The notes: generated from the sequence alone by a model not told the origin. A stretch of DNA of 64,000 nt from a bacterium (GCA_035549195.1 DASZRK010000002.1:231655-295654); one strand, 5' to 3'; shown: positions 29,128 to 38,290, numbered from the stretch's first letter. Made by a program: numbers and translations.

Positions 29128-32100
29128 TCACTTCTTACCCTTCTTTTTCTTCGCCTTCCCTCTTTTAGGGGAGGCGGTCCCCTTTTTTCCCGTCCGATGG
29201 GCCGTCTTTTTCCTTCCCGCATGGGCCGCGACCGCCTCATGGGAATGGAGCCAATCGGCCACCACGACCTCCAACCGCGAACCCTTGGCCCAGCGCAGCG
29301 CCCCCTGCACCTCGTCGGCCGGGAACAAGGCCTCGGTCTCCCGGTAGAAATCCTTCGCCCCGTCCTTGGTGGCCTGCCGGCAGGCGGGATGGTGCAAGGT
29401 CATCAGCAGGAAGGCCAGGGCCTGGGTGTCCTTGCCCTTCGCCTTCTCATAGCGGGCCATCACCGTCAGGGCCTCGGCCAGGACCGGGACCAAGCCCGAC
29501 CGCAAGGCGGTCTCCAGCACACGCCTCAGGATGGGCAAGCCCTTGTCCGGCGCCCCTTCGAGACAATAGAGGCGGGCCAGGTGGAGCCCGGCGTTGTCCA
29601 GACCGGTGGGATCCTCCAACCGCGTGAAAAGGGCCAGGGCCTTCTCCATTTCACCCCGGGCCTGGGGACGCCGGCCTTGGGACAGATGGATGAGCCCTTG
29701 ATGGTAGTGATGCCAGGCCTTGGAGGTGTCCACGGCCTTTTCGCCCCCCGCCTTCTCGAAAGCATTCCGGAAGAGGGCCTCGGCCTCGGCGGTTTGCCCC
29801 TCGTCCAGGCGGATATTGCCGGTCCAATCCAGGACCCAGGATTCACCCAGGTGGTCCTGGGCCTCCCGGTAATGCTGGAGGGATTCCTCCAGGAAGCGGT
29901 CCGCGCCCAGGTAATCCCCCAGCGACCAGGCCACCTGGGCCAGGAGGCAAAGGCACCAGCCCACGGCCCGGGTGTCGCCCAGGTCCCGGAAGATGGAGAG
30001 GCCCTCCAGGACCATCTGCCGGGCCCCGGCGAAATCGCCCAGGAAGAGCGACTCCTGTCCCAGGCTGGTGAAGGACCAGGCGATGCCCCGGCGCTCCCCG
30101 ATCTCCAGGTAGGTGGTCAGGCCGTGCTGGTAGTTCCGTCTGGCCTCCTCGAAGCGGCCCCGGTCGTGCGCCAGGTCGCCCATCAGGTTGTGGGCATAGG
30201 CCTTGGCCCGGTGGTCCTTGTCGGCCAGCGCGTAGGACAAGGCCTTCTGGAGATGGGCCGTGGCCTTGTCCGGCCGCTTCAAGCGGTTCTCGATGTGCCC
30301 CAGGTTGTTCAGGTTCCAGACCATCCCCCAGCGGTCCCTGGCCTTTTGGAAGGACGCCAGGGCCTTTTCATAATGCCGTTTGGCCCCCGCCATGTCCCCG
30401 TGCCATTCCAATGCCACCCCATAGCCCGCGTGGCAGAAACCCGCTTCGCGGTGGAAGCCCGCGGGGGGCAGGAGGTCCAGGCATCCGGCGAAGGTCTTTC
30501 GGGCTTTTTCCCCCTGGCCCACCGCGTTCTGGAAGAAGGCCGCCATGGACCGGATCCAGGCCAGGAGCGCCAGGACCTTGCGGGGGGCCTTGGCGGGGTC
30601 CGGGAATTTTTCCTCGAGTTTTTCCGCGGCACCCTGGAAGGATTCCACAGCCTCCCGGAAAAGTCCCTTCACCTCGAAATAGTGGAAAAGCCCCTGGACG
30701 AAGCCTTCCATCTCCTCCTCCAGCCCCAGGGCCACCACCCGACGCCAGGCTTCCCGGATGTTCCCGATCTCCAGGGTCAGGTCCTCCAAGGCCCGGCGTT
30801 GGCCGGCTCCATAGAGTTCCTCGGCCTTCTTGGCGGTGAACCGGGAGAAATACTGGGCGTGGGCCGCGAAGACCCGGTCCTTCTCCGTCGGGTCGTCGAA
30901 AAGCTTTTCCTTGGCGTAATATTTGAGCAGCTCATGGATCTCGAACCGTCCATTGGGCAGCACCCGCAGCAGGGTCTTGTGGGTGAGATAAAGAAGGAGG
31001 GTCTCGGTGGCCCCGCCGATCTTACGGGCGGCCTGCTCGCTGAAACTGCCCTTGAAGACCGAGATGGAGCGCAGGACCTTCTTCTGGGGCTCGGTCAGCA
31101 GGATCCAGGAATACTCGAAGACCGCCCGGAGCGACCGGTGCCGGGCGGGCAAATGAGGCATGGTGGTGGCCAGGAAGTCCCGGCTGGTCTCGATCTTGGA
31201 GGCGATCTCGTCCAAGGGGAGCGTCGCCACCCAGGTGGCGGAAAGTTCCAGCCCCAAGGGCATGCCCTCCAAAAGGGCGCAGATGCGGGTCACCGCCGGG
31301 CGGTCGGCCGGTTCCAGCTTGAAATGGGGCACCAGCCGCTTGGCGCTGCGCAGGAAGAGCTGGACCGCCGGCGAGCCCTCGAAGGTGGTCCCATGGTCGT
31401 CGCCCGGGTATCGCAGGCCCTTGACGTCCAGCACCTTCTCGCCCTCCAGCTTCAGATTTTCGCGGGAGGTGACCATGACCTTCACCCGGGGGGCGGCCTT
31501 CAGGATGTCCTCCACCAGGTCGGTCCCCTCGATGAGGTGTTCGAAGTTGTCCATGACCAGCAGCATCTGCTTGTCCTTCAGGTGGTTCAGGAGCTGGGAC
31601 TTGGGATCCTCCGCCCCGTAGAAGAGGAACTTGATGGTGGAAGCGATGGCCCCCACGATCAGGTCGTCGGAAAGGAGCGGTGCCAGGTGGACGACGAAGA
31701 CCCCGTCCTCGAAATCCTCGATCATTTCCGCCGCCGTCTGCAGGGCCAAGCGGGTCTTCCCGAAACCGCCCGGACCCAGCAGGGTCACCAGGCGGACCGC
31801 CGGGTCCCGAAGGGAGGTCATGATCTCCCCCATGGCCTGCTCCCGCCCGAAGAAGGGGGAGGCCTGGGGGTTGAAATTCTGGGGATGGTTCTTGAGGGAC
31901 CGGGGCGCGGCCAGCCCCGTCCCTTCCAGGTCGGGATGCAGGAGGGCGTAGAGGTTGCCGGGCTCGCTCAGGTCCTTGAGGAAATGGACGCCCATGTCCT
32001 GCAGGCGGGCGCCGGGTGGCAGGGGGACGAAATGGACGGCGGGGACCGTGAAGAGGATCATGCCCGGCGGGGCGGCCTCCAGCACCTTTTGGGCGTGGAT

Positions 32101-32418
32101 CATGTCGGGGCCCACGCGTTCCTGCCCCACCTCGTCCACTTCGCCCGAGTGGATCGCCATCTTCAGGCGGGCCTTGCCGAACCGGTCCCATTCGAAGGAA
32201 CCGAACTCCTTCATCAGGACCAGGGCCGCCTTACAGGGATCCCCCTTGTCGAAGAGGGACAGCATGCCGCGGGGAGTGCGCTTCATCCAGTGGACGCCCT
32301 GGGCGAAAAGGAGTTCCTCGATCCGGAAATATTGGGAGGCACGGACATGGTCCACCGCGAGGGCGTCCTCCTCGCGGTCCAAGGCCGGATGGTCGATCTC
32401 GATGAAGAGGAAGATCAC
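29128..32418 (-). CDS. STAND-type signal-transduction NTPase: N-terminal class-III nucleotidyl-cyclase-like (probably degenerate) domain + P-loop AAA/NB-ARC-like ATPase + C-terminal TPR repeats + Lys-rich tail
   Basis: Cyclase-like region: VIFLFIEIDHPAL (D-to-E change at the first metal-binding position), LFDKGDP, RLKMAIHSGEV, GPDMIHAQKVLEAAPPGMILFT. Walker A LLGPGGFGKTRLA and Walker B LLVMDNFEH. More than 10 TPR-like repeats. Ends ...KRGKAKKKKGKK with no HTH detected. GTG start directly after an in-frame TAA. Confidence 0.7.
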   Translation of the reverse strand: MIFLFIEIDHPALDREEDALAVDHVRASQYFRIEELLFAQGVHWMKRTPRGMLSLFDKGDPCKAALVLMKEFGSFEWDRFGKARLKMAIHSGEVDEVGQERVGPDMIHAQKVLEAAPPGMILFTVPAVHFVPLPPGARLQDMGVHFLKDLSEPGNLYALLHPDLEGTGLAAPRSLKNHPQNFNPQASPFFGREQAMGEIMTSLRDPAVRLVTLLGPGGFGKTRLALQTAAEMIEDFEDGVFVVHLAPLLSDDLIVGAIASTIKFLFYGAEDPKSQLLNHLKDKQMLLVMDNFEHLIEGTDLVEDILKAAPRVKVMVTSRENLKLEGEKVLDVKGLRYPGDDHGTTFEGSPAVQLFLRSAKRLVPHFKLEPADRPAVTRICALLEGMPLGLELSATWVATLPLDEIASKIETSRDFLATTMPHLPARHRSLRAVFEYSWILLTEPQKKVLRSISVFKGSFSEQAARKIGGATETLLLYLTHKTLLRVLPNGRFEIHELLKYYAKEKLFDDPTEKDRVFAAHAQYFSRFTAKKAEELYGAGQRRALEDLTLEIGNIREAWRRVVALGLEEEMEGFVQGLFHYFEVKGLFREAVESFQGAAEKLEEKFPDPAKAPRKVLALLAWIRSMAAFFQNAVGQGEKARKTFAGCLDLLPPAGFHREAGFCHAGYGVALEWHGDMAGAKRHYEKALASFQKARDRWGMVWNLNNLGHIENRLKRPDKATAHLQKALSYALADKDHRAKAYAHNLMGDLAHDRGRFEEARRNYQHGLTTYLEIGERRGIAWSFTSLGQESLFLGDFAGARQMVLEGLSIFRDLGDTRAVGWCLCLLAQVAWSLGDYLGADRFLEESLQHYREAQDHLGESWVLDWTGNIRLDEGQTAEAEALFRNAFEKAGGEKAVDTSKAWHHYHQGLIHLSQGRRPQARGEMEKALALFTRLEDPTGLDNAGLHLARLYCLEGAPDKGLPILRRVLETALRSGLVPVLAEALTVMARYEKAKGKDTQALAFLLMTLHHPACRQATKDGAKDFYRETEALFPADEVQGALRWAKGSRLEVVVADWLHSHEAVAAHAGRKKTAHRTGKKGTASPKRGKAKKKKGKK

Positions 32419-32502
32419 GGGAGGCCCTTTGGGGCAAGGATGGACCGGACGTTCTTATTATAGACCTCTCCCCCATCCCCGGCTCACCGCCGAATTGCGG
32501 CC

Positions 32503-33891
32503 GTGACCCCCGCCCTTTTGATAGAATCGCCAAGAACGCGGCGCGATCCATCCTTCCCTCTCGAGGTCCTCTTGTCCCGCTTCCGGCGCTCCATCCCCCT
32601 CCTGGCCCTCTTTGCCTTGATCTTTTCTTTCCGGCTTTTCTTCGGCCTCTGGCAGGCCAAGTGGGGGGAACCGGACTATATCCAGACCTACCTCATTGGC
32701 CTGAAATACTACTCGACCGGTGAATGGCCCTATTTCGGGCCCGACGTGAACGGGGAGGAGAACCCGGCCTTCCAAAGCCAGATCCCCGGTCCGCTCGAGG
32801 GCCTCTTGATCGGCCTGCCCTTCCATCTGTTGCCCATCCCGGAAGCGCCCTTCGTCCTGCTGAACCTCCTCAACAGCGCCGGCCTCCTGCTTCTGGCCGC
32901 CTATTTCCACAGGAGGCTCCCTTCCTTATCCATGGCTTGGCTGGCCCTTTGGCTGGCTTCCCTCCCCTGGACCCTCCATGAGGGGACCAACCTGATCAAC
33001 CCCGCCTTTGTGCTCTTCCCTGGCGCGATCTTCTTCGTCGGCTTCATGGAAGCGACCCCCTTTTTCTCCCTCCACTGGCTTTCCAAACCATGGGCCAATG
33101 CGTTCATGGGGTTCGGGCTCTTCACCGCCATGCAGTTCCATTTCTCCTATGTTTACCTGGGCCCCCTGGCCCTTTTCGCGATCCTGGCACAAATGGGGCG
33201 CTTTCGCGACTTCACCGTCCTTCGTTGGTTCGTCCTGGGGGCCTTGCCGCCCCTCGCCCTGGTGCTTCCCACTTATATAAGGTACGGTTTGGGGACCAAT
33301 AACGTGGCCGGCGGTTTCGCCGCCTCCTTCAACTGGGACAATGTTCGGGCCTTCGGGACCATCCTGGCCCGGTTCCTGTCCCTGGCCTGCTATGAGATGC
33401 CCCGGTTCCTGGGACTGAACAGAGCGGCCCGCGTGGACTTCCTCACGGGTCATCCACTCCTGCTCGTTCCCGGCGCCTGCCTCTGGGTGGCAGGAGTGGT
33501 CCAGCCTTTCCTCTTGTTGGGTTGCTGGTTCCTCAAGGACGAGGGGCGTCCCCAATGGAGGGCCGCGAAATGGCTGATCCTGGCGGTGCTCTTGATGGTG
33601 GAGGTCAGTTTCTGGTTCACCATCAAGAAGCCCTTTTCCCATATCTACTTCATCCTGCTTCCCTTCGTGGCCTTTTACGCCGCCCAGTGTTTTTCCTTCG
33701 TGGCGGACCGAAAGCCCTGGCGGATCCTGGCCGGGACCCTGGTGGTCTTCAGCCTCTTTTTCCATCTGCTCTATGCCCCGGTCTTCGAGCCCCAATATTC
33801 CATCTACCCCAAAAGGGAACAGGTGGCCCAAGCCATCGACCATAAGAACTATCATTTGATGGGCGAACGCCGTCCAGGGAGCCTCTATTGA
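32503..33891 (+). CDS. Polytopic integral membrane protein, paralog 1 of 3 (uncharacterised; GT-C-like topology suspected)
   Basis: About 12 predicted TM segments. Conserved motifs QTYLIGLKYYSTGEWPYFGPD, QIPGPLEGLLIGLPFHLLPIPEAPF, MQFHFSYVY, MVEVSFWFTIKKPFSHIYFILLPF, and an invariant C-terminal tail KNYHLMGERRPGSLY. Confidence 0.6.
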   Translation: MTPALLIESPRTRRDPSFPLEVLLSRFRRSIPLLALFALIFSFRLFFGLWQAKWGEPDYIQTYLIGLKYYSTGEWPYFGPDVNGEENPAFQSQIPGPLEGLLIGLPFHLLPIPEAPFVLLNLLNSAGLLLLAAYFHRRLPSLSMAWLALWLASLPWTLHEGTNLINPAFVLFPGAIFFVGFMEATPFFSLHWLSKPWANAFMGFGLFTAMQFHFSYVYLGPLALFAILAQMGRFRDFTVLRWFVLGALPPLALVLPTYIRYGLGTNNVAGGFAASFNWDNVRAFGTILARFLSLACYEMPRFLGLNRAARVDFLTGHPLLLVPGACLWVAGVVQPFLLLGCWFLKDEGRPQWRAAKWLILAVLLMVEVSFWFTIKKPFSHIYFILLPFVAFYAAQCFSFVADRKPWRILAGTLVVFSLFFHLLYAPVFEPQYSIYPKREQVAQAIDHKNYHLMGERRPGSLY

Positions 33892-33941
33892 GGCGATTTC
33901 TAATTCTCAATTCTTAATTTTGAATTCGAGGATTTGATTCG
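33892..33941 (+). promoter_or_regulatory. AT-rich intergenic element containing TTCTTAATTTTGAAT (copy 1)
   Basis: Low-GC island in an otherwise 65% GC context, about 25 nt upstream of the paralog 2 ATG. The same 15-mer occurs at 35306..35320, and a related element at 59528..59575. Confidence 0.4.
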
Positions 33942-33948
33942 TGGTTAA

Positions 33949-35286
33949 ATGGTTTTAAATAAAAATCAAGGATTGTCTTTGTCCTCGAACCAGAAAAATT
34001 TTCTCCTGTTCCTGAGCCTTTTCGTCCTGCGCACGGGATTCGGGCTCCTACAGGCGCGGTGGTTCGAGGTGGACCAGCTCCAGACCTATTTGATCGGTTT
34101 GAAGAGCTACACGACCGGGACCTGGCCCTGGTTCGGGCCCGACGTGAACGGGATCGAGAACGGTTTTCACAGCCAGATCCCCGGCGCCCTGGAAGGCCTG
34201 CTGGTGGGCGTGCCTTTCCACCTATTGCCCATCCCCGAAGCGCCCTTCCTCTTCCTGAACCTCATGTCCACCGCCGCCGTCCTTCTCCTGGCCGCCTATA
34301 TCCACCGGCGGCTCCCGGCCCTTTCCTACCCCTGGCTCTGCCTCTGGATCGCCATCGCTCCCTGGAGCCTGCACGAGGCCACGACCGTCCTGAACCCTTC
34401 CTATGTCTTCCTTCCCTCCACCCTCTTCTTCATCGGTTTCCTGGAGGCGACCCCCACCTTCTCATCGGACCAGCTTCCCGCCCCCTGGGCCAACGCGGCC
34501 ATGGGTCTTTCGATCTTTTGGATCATGCAGTTCCACTTTTCCTATGTTTATCTGCTCCCTCTCGTGGCCTTCTCCTTTTTTGACCAGTGGCGCAAGGAAA
34601 GGGGTGCGGCCGGGTTGGGTTTTTTCTCTTTGGGGGCCCTGCCGCCCTTGGGGCTGGTCATCCCCACTTATCTCAAGTTCGGCCTGGGGGCCACCAATGT
34701 CGCCTCGGGTTTCGCCGTCCCCTTCAACTGGTCCAACGTCGGGGAGTTCACCACCATCCTGGCCCGGTTCCTGTCCCTGGTCTCCTTCGAAATGCCCCGT
34801 TTCATCGGACAGACCAATCACGAAAGATACGATTTCCTTCTGGGCCACCCCTTACTGCTGGTTCCCGGTGCCGTCCTATGGATCGCGGGGATCCTCCAAG
34901 CCGTCGCCCTTTTGGTGCTTTGGTTCAAAAAAGATCATCCGGCGCCCGGATGGGCAAAGATCAAATGGCTCCTCCTCATGCTGTGGCTGATGGTGGAGGT
35001 CAGTTTCTGGTTCACGGTCAAACTACCCATCGCCCACATCTATTTCGTGCTCTTCCCCTTTATCATGTTCTACTCCTGTTATGTCTGGGCCCTCTTCGCG
35101 GGGGACGGCCGCTGGAGGACGACCGCCAAGGTCTTCCTCGCCCTGGGGCTTTTCTTCCAGGTGGTCTACGCCCTGCAATTGGCCCCCCAGTGCTCCATCT
35201 ATCCCCAACGGGAGAAGGTGGCCAAGGCCCTCCAGGAAAAGGACTACCGCCTGATGGGCGAACGCCGGGCCGGAAGCCTCTACTAA
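33949..35286 (+). CDS. Polytopic integral membrane protein, paralog 2 of 3
   Basis: About 60% identical to paralog 1, with the same motifs (QTYLIGLKSYTTGTWPWFGPD; tail KDYRLMGERRAGSLY). The 3' spacer with an AT-rich element was duplicated along with the gene. Confidence 0.6.
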   Translation: MVLNKNQGLSLSSNQKNFLLFLSLFVLRTGFGLLQARWFEVDQLQTYLIGLKSYTTGTWPWFGPDVNGIENGFHSQIPGALEGLLVGVPFHLLPIPEAPFLFLNLMSTAAVLLLAAYIHRRLPALSYPWLCLWIAIAPWSLHEATTVLNPSYVFLPSTLFFIGFLEATPTFSSDQLPAPWANAAMGLSIFWIMQFHFSYVYLLPLVAFSFFDQWRKERGAAGLGFFSLGALPPLGLVIPTYLKFGLGATNVASGFAVPFNWSNVGEFTTILARFLSLVSFEMPRFIGQTNHERYDFLLGHPLLLVPGAVLWIAGILQAVALLVLWFKKDHPAPGWAKIKWLLLMLWLMVEVSFWFTVKLPIAHIYFVLFPFIMFYSCYVWALFAGDGRWRTTAKVFLALGLFFQVVYALQLAPQCSIYPQREKVAKALQEKDYRLMGERRAGSLY

Positions 35287-35326
35287 GGCGATTTTTAATT
35301 ATCAGTTCTTAATTTTGAATCGACGG
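35287..35326 (+). promoter_or_regulatory. AT-rich intergenic element containing TTCTTAATTTTGAAT (copy 2)
   Basis: Identical core 15-mer, 60-90 nt upstream of the paralog 3 ATG. Confidence 0.4.
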
Positions 35327-35381
35327 ATCTTTCGACGGATCAAAACGTTCGGAATTAAAAATCCAAAATTCGGGGTTCAAA

Positions 35382-36695
35382 TTGTCCGATCAGCTCAAGT
35401 TCATCTTATTGTTCCTGGCCCTGTTCGCTTTCAGGACCCTTTTCGGGCTCTGCCACGCCTTCTTCTCACCCGACGAGCTCCAGACCTATCTCATCGGCTT
35501 GAAATGGTATTGCGAAGGCGGCTGGCCCTATTTCGGGCCGGACCTGATCGTCACCGAGACGGGTTTCTATTCCCAGATCCCCGGACCCCTGGAGGCGCTC
35601 CTCATCGGCGGGCCCCTTCATCTGCTCCCCATCCCGGAAGCCCCCTTTCTTTTCCTGAACCTGCTGACCACCGGCATCCTGGCGGTCTGGGCTTGGTACC
35701 TTTCCGAACGGCTTCCCCAGGTACCCTCTTGGTTCCTCTTCGTTTGGATCGCCCTCCTGCCTTGGAACCTGCAGGAGTCCGCCAACCCCATCAACCCTTC
35801 TTATCTTTTGATCGGAAGCGGACTTTTCTTCCTGGGATTCCTTGAGGCCTTTCCCGCTCTTTCGATGGGCCTCTTTCCCTCTTGGCTCAGTTTTGCCCTC
35901 ATGGGCTTCGGGATCTTCTGGGACATGCAGTTCCACCAATCCTGGGTGCTCCTACCCCCCTTCCTCCTCGTGGCCTGGGTCGCCCGGTTCCTCAAAAAGA
36001 AAAAGGGGTTGGGTGGGGACCTGGCGGCTTCGGCGGCCGGTGCCTTGCCCTGCGTCCTCCTGCTGGTCCCCACTTACCTGAAGTTCGGTTGGGGCCAGGG
36101 CACAAGCGGCTTCCACCTGGCCAGTGCCTTCAATCTCACGAACTTCCTCTCTTTCTTCACCGTTCTGGCGCGCTTCCTTTCCATGCCCAGCCAGGAGACC
36201 CTGCGGTTCCTCCTGGAGCCCGGCGCCGTCCATCACCTGGATTTCTTCAAGACCTCCCCGTGGCTTTGGCCCTTCGGCCTCTTCCTCATCCTCATGGGCT
36301 GGCTGCAGCCCTTGAGCCTCCTCGTTCTGTCCTGGCTCCATCGGGACAAGGACACCCGGACCCGCACCATGATCGGGACAACCCTTTTCGCGCTCCTTCT
36401 TTTTTGGGCAAGCTTTTGGTTCACTTCAAAAGACCCCATGGCCCATATCCTCTATATCCTCATGCCCCTGCTCATGGCCTTTTCCCTCACCCTCTGGGCC
36501 GGCCTCGCCCGTCGGAAGTGGTGGCGGGTCCTGGCCGTCGCCTGCCTGGGGGTGAACATCCTCTTCCAGGCCGGATGGATGGTGCACATGGGCAAGACCC
36601 AATCCCTCTATGTGGACCGGGAGAAAGTGGTGAAGGCCATCGGGACGAAGGACTATCATCTCTTGGGCGAACGCAGGCCGGGCAGTCACAACTAG
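35382..36695 (+). CDS. Polytopic integral membrane protein, paralog 3 of 3
   Basis: Same family (QTYLIGLKWYCEGGWPYFGPD; tail KDYHLLGERRPGSHN); more divergent in the middle. Confidence 0.6.
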   Translation: MSDQLKFILLFLALFAFRTLFGLCHAFFSPDELQTYLIGLKWYCEGGWPYFGPDLIVTETGFYSQIPGPLEALLIGGPLHLLPIPEAPFLFLNLLTTGILAVWAWYLSERLPQVPSWFLFVWIALLPWNLQESANPINPSYLLIGSGLFFLGFLEAFPALSMGLFPSWLSFALMGFGIFWDMQFHQSWVLLPPFLLVAWVARFLKKKKGLGGDLAASAAGALPCVLLLVPTYLKFGWGQGTSGFHLASAFNLTNFLSFFTVLARFLSMPSQETLRFLLEPGAVHHLDFFKTSPWLWPFGLFLILMGWLQPLSLLVLSWLHRDKDTRTRTMIGTTLFALLLFWASFWFTSKDPMAHILYILMPLLMAFSLTLWAGLARRKWWRVLAVACLGVNILFQAGWMVHMGKTQSLYVDREKVVKAIGTKDYHLLGERRPGSHN

Positions 36696-36709
36696 ATCGG
36701 GAGGTCGGA

Positions 36710-38290
36710 ATGATCAAGAAACTCATGGTCCTTTGGATGCTGGTCCCGGCGGCTTTCGCCGCCGACGTCCACTTCCTCATCATGCCCGATGAAGTGGTGG
36801 GACCGATCAGCCCCTACATCTACGGCATCAACGACAAGGACCCCCAGGACACCCACACCACCGTCCGCCGCCTGGGCGGCAACCGCATGACGGGCTACAA
36901 CTGGGAGAACAACGCCTCCAACGCGGGCAGCGACTGGCACCAGACAAGCGACGACTGGATGTGCGCCCAGAACCTGGGGTTCAAGGATTGCGACAAGCCC
37001 GGCTCCATGGCCGCCCAGTTCGTGGAGCAGGGCCAGAAGTTCGGCATGGACACCCTCATGACCATCCCCATGGCGGGCTATGTGGCGGCGGACAAGTCGG
37101 GCGAGGTCAGCGATACCGAGACCGCCCCCAGCAAGCGCTGGAAGAAGGTCGAGTTCCATAAGAAGGGCGCCTATACCCTGGACCCCAACCCCGAGGACGG
37201 CGTGGTCTATGAGGACGAGTTCGTCGATTTCCTGACCACCAAGTTCAAGAAGGCCGATGCGGGCGGGGTGCGTTTCTACGACCTGGACAACGAACCTGGC
37301 ATCTGGGCCTCCACCCATCCCCGGCTCCACCCCAAGAAGGTCTCCTACTGGGAGATGCGCAACAAGACCGAGGATGCCGCCGAGAACATCCTGCGGGTGG
37401 ACCCTTCCGCCGTCATCCTGGGAGCGGTCTGCTACGGATGGAACGAGTTCATCAGCCTCCAGGACGCCCCCGAGAGCAAGGACGAGACCATGAAGAAACA
37501 GTTCCCCACCTACCTGGATTTCTACCTGGACGCCATCCACCGGATGCAGGTGGCCTATCACAAGACCCTGGTCCATGGCCTGGATTTGCACTGGTATCCG
37601 GAAGCCCAGGGCGGCGGCAAGCGGATCACCGAGAACGACATTTCGCCCGATTCCATCGAGGCCCGGCTCCAGGCACCCCGCAGCCTCTGGGACCCGGGTT
37701 ACGTGGAGAAAAGCTGGATCACCCAATGGTCCACGGGGGGCAAGGCTATTCAGCTCATCCCCTGGGTGAAAGAGAAGATCGAGAAATACGCACCCGGCAC
37801 CAAGCTCTGTTTCAGTGAATACGATTACGGGGCGGGCGATAACGTATCGGGCGGGCTGGCCCAGGCGGACGTACTGGGCATCTTCGCCAAATACGGGGTC
37901 TACCTGGCCTGCTATTGGGGGGACCTGAAGAGCTACAACAAGGCGGCCTTCCAGCTCTACCGCAATTACGACGGGAAGGACGGCACTTTCGGGGACACCT
38001 TCGTGTCCTCCGCCACCGAGGACGTGGCCTTGAGCTCCTGCTACGCGTCCACCGACCCCAAGGCCCCGGGCACCCTCTGGGTGGTGGCCTTGAACAAGAG
38101 CCAGAAGGATCCCCTCCATGGGAAATTCCGGTTCCAGGGCAAGGAGACTTACGGCTCCTATGAGGCCTATTCCTTCGGGAAGGACTCACCCGAGATCAAG
38201 TTGGTGAAGCAGGGCCACGTGGACAAGGACCACTTCGACTATTCCTTGCCGCCTTTGTCGGCCACGATCTTCGTGTGCCATTCGAATTGA
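36710..38290 (+). CDS. Secreted glycoside hydrolase family 44 (endoglucanase/xyloglucanase), no linker or CTD
   Basis: RBS gggaggtcggaATG. Signal peptide MIKKLMVLWMLVPAAFAADV. GH44-type motifs RRLGGNRMTGYNWENNASNAGSDW and FYDLDNEPGIWASTHPRLHP (clan GH-A acid/base NEP). The track ORF 35882..38290 is an upstream open-frame extension overlapping paralog 3 and is not real. Confidence 0.7.
   Translation: MIKKLMVLWMLVPAAFAADVHFLIMPDEVVGPISPYIYGINDKDPQDTHTTVRRLGGNRMTGYNWENNASNAGSDWHQTSDDWMCAQNLGFKDCDKPGSMAAQFVEQGQKFGMDTLMTIPMAGYVAADKSGEVSDTETAPSKRWKKVEFHKKGAYTLDPNPEDGVVYEDEFVDFLTTKFKKADAGGVRFYDLDNEPGIWASTHPRLHPKKVSYWEMRNKTEDAAENILRVDPSAVILGAVCYGWNEFISLQDAPESKDETMKKQFPTYLDFYLDAIHRMQVAYHKTLVHGLDLHWYPEAQGGGKRITENDISPDSIEARLQAPRSLWDPGYVEKSWITQWSTGGKAIQLIPWVKEKIEKYAPGTKLCFSEYDYGAGDNVSGGLAQADVLGIFAKYGVYLACYWGDLKSYNKAAFQLYRNYDGKDGTFGDTFVSSATEDVALSSCYASTDPKAPGTLWVVALNKSQKDPLHGKFRFQGKETYGSYEAYSFGKDSPEIKLVKQGHVDKDHFDYSLPPLSATIFVCHSN

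Larger units (their letters stand above)
32503..36695 (+). repeat. Tandem triplication (~1.4 kb units) of a membrane-protein gene including its 3' AT-rich spacer
   Basis: Three collinear paralogs. The first two units are each followed by the spacer motif GGCGATTT(c/t)TAATT(c/a)TCA(a/g)TTCTTAATTTTGAAT. Confidence 0.7.

Noticed and set aside
33911-33925. Interpreting TAATTTTG inside the AT-rich motif as a Bacteroidota-type sigma-A -7 box (TAnnTTTG)
   Set aside because: Genes in this window have strong Shine-Dalgarno sequences (GGAGG/GGGAGG), unlike Bacteroidota. The third copy of the motif overlaps a stop codon in a convergent gap. It is kept only as a generic AT-rich regulatory or duplication element.
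35882-36709. Upstream 276-codon extension of the GH44 ORF in the track (35882..38290)
   Set aside because: It overlaps membrane paralog 3 in another frame and is Pro/Gly/Arg-rich. A strong RBS and signal peptide begin at the internal ATG at 36710.
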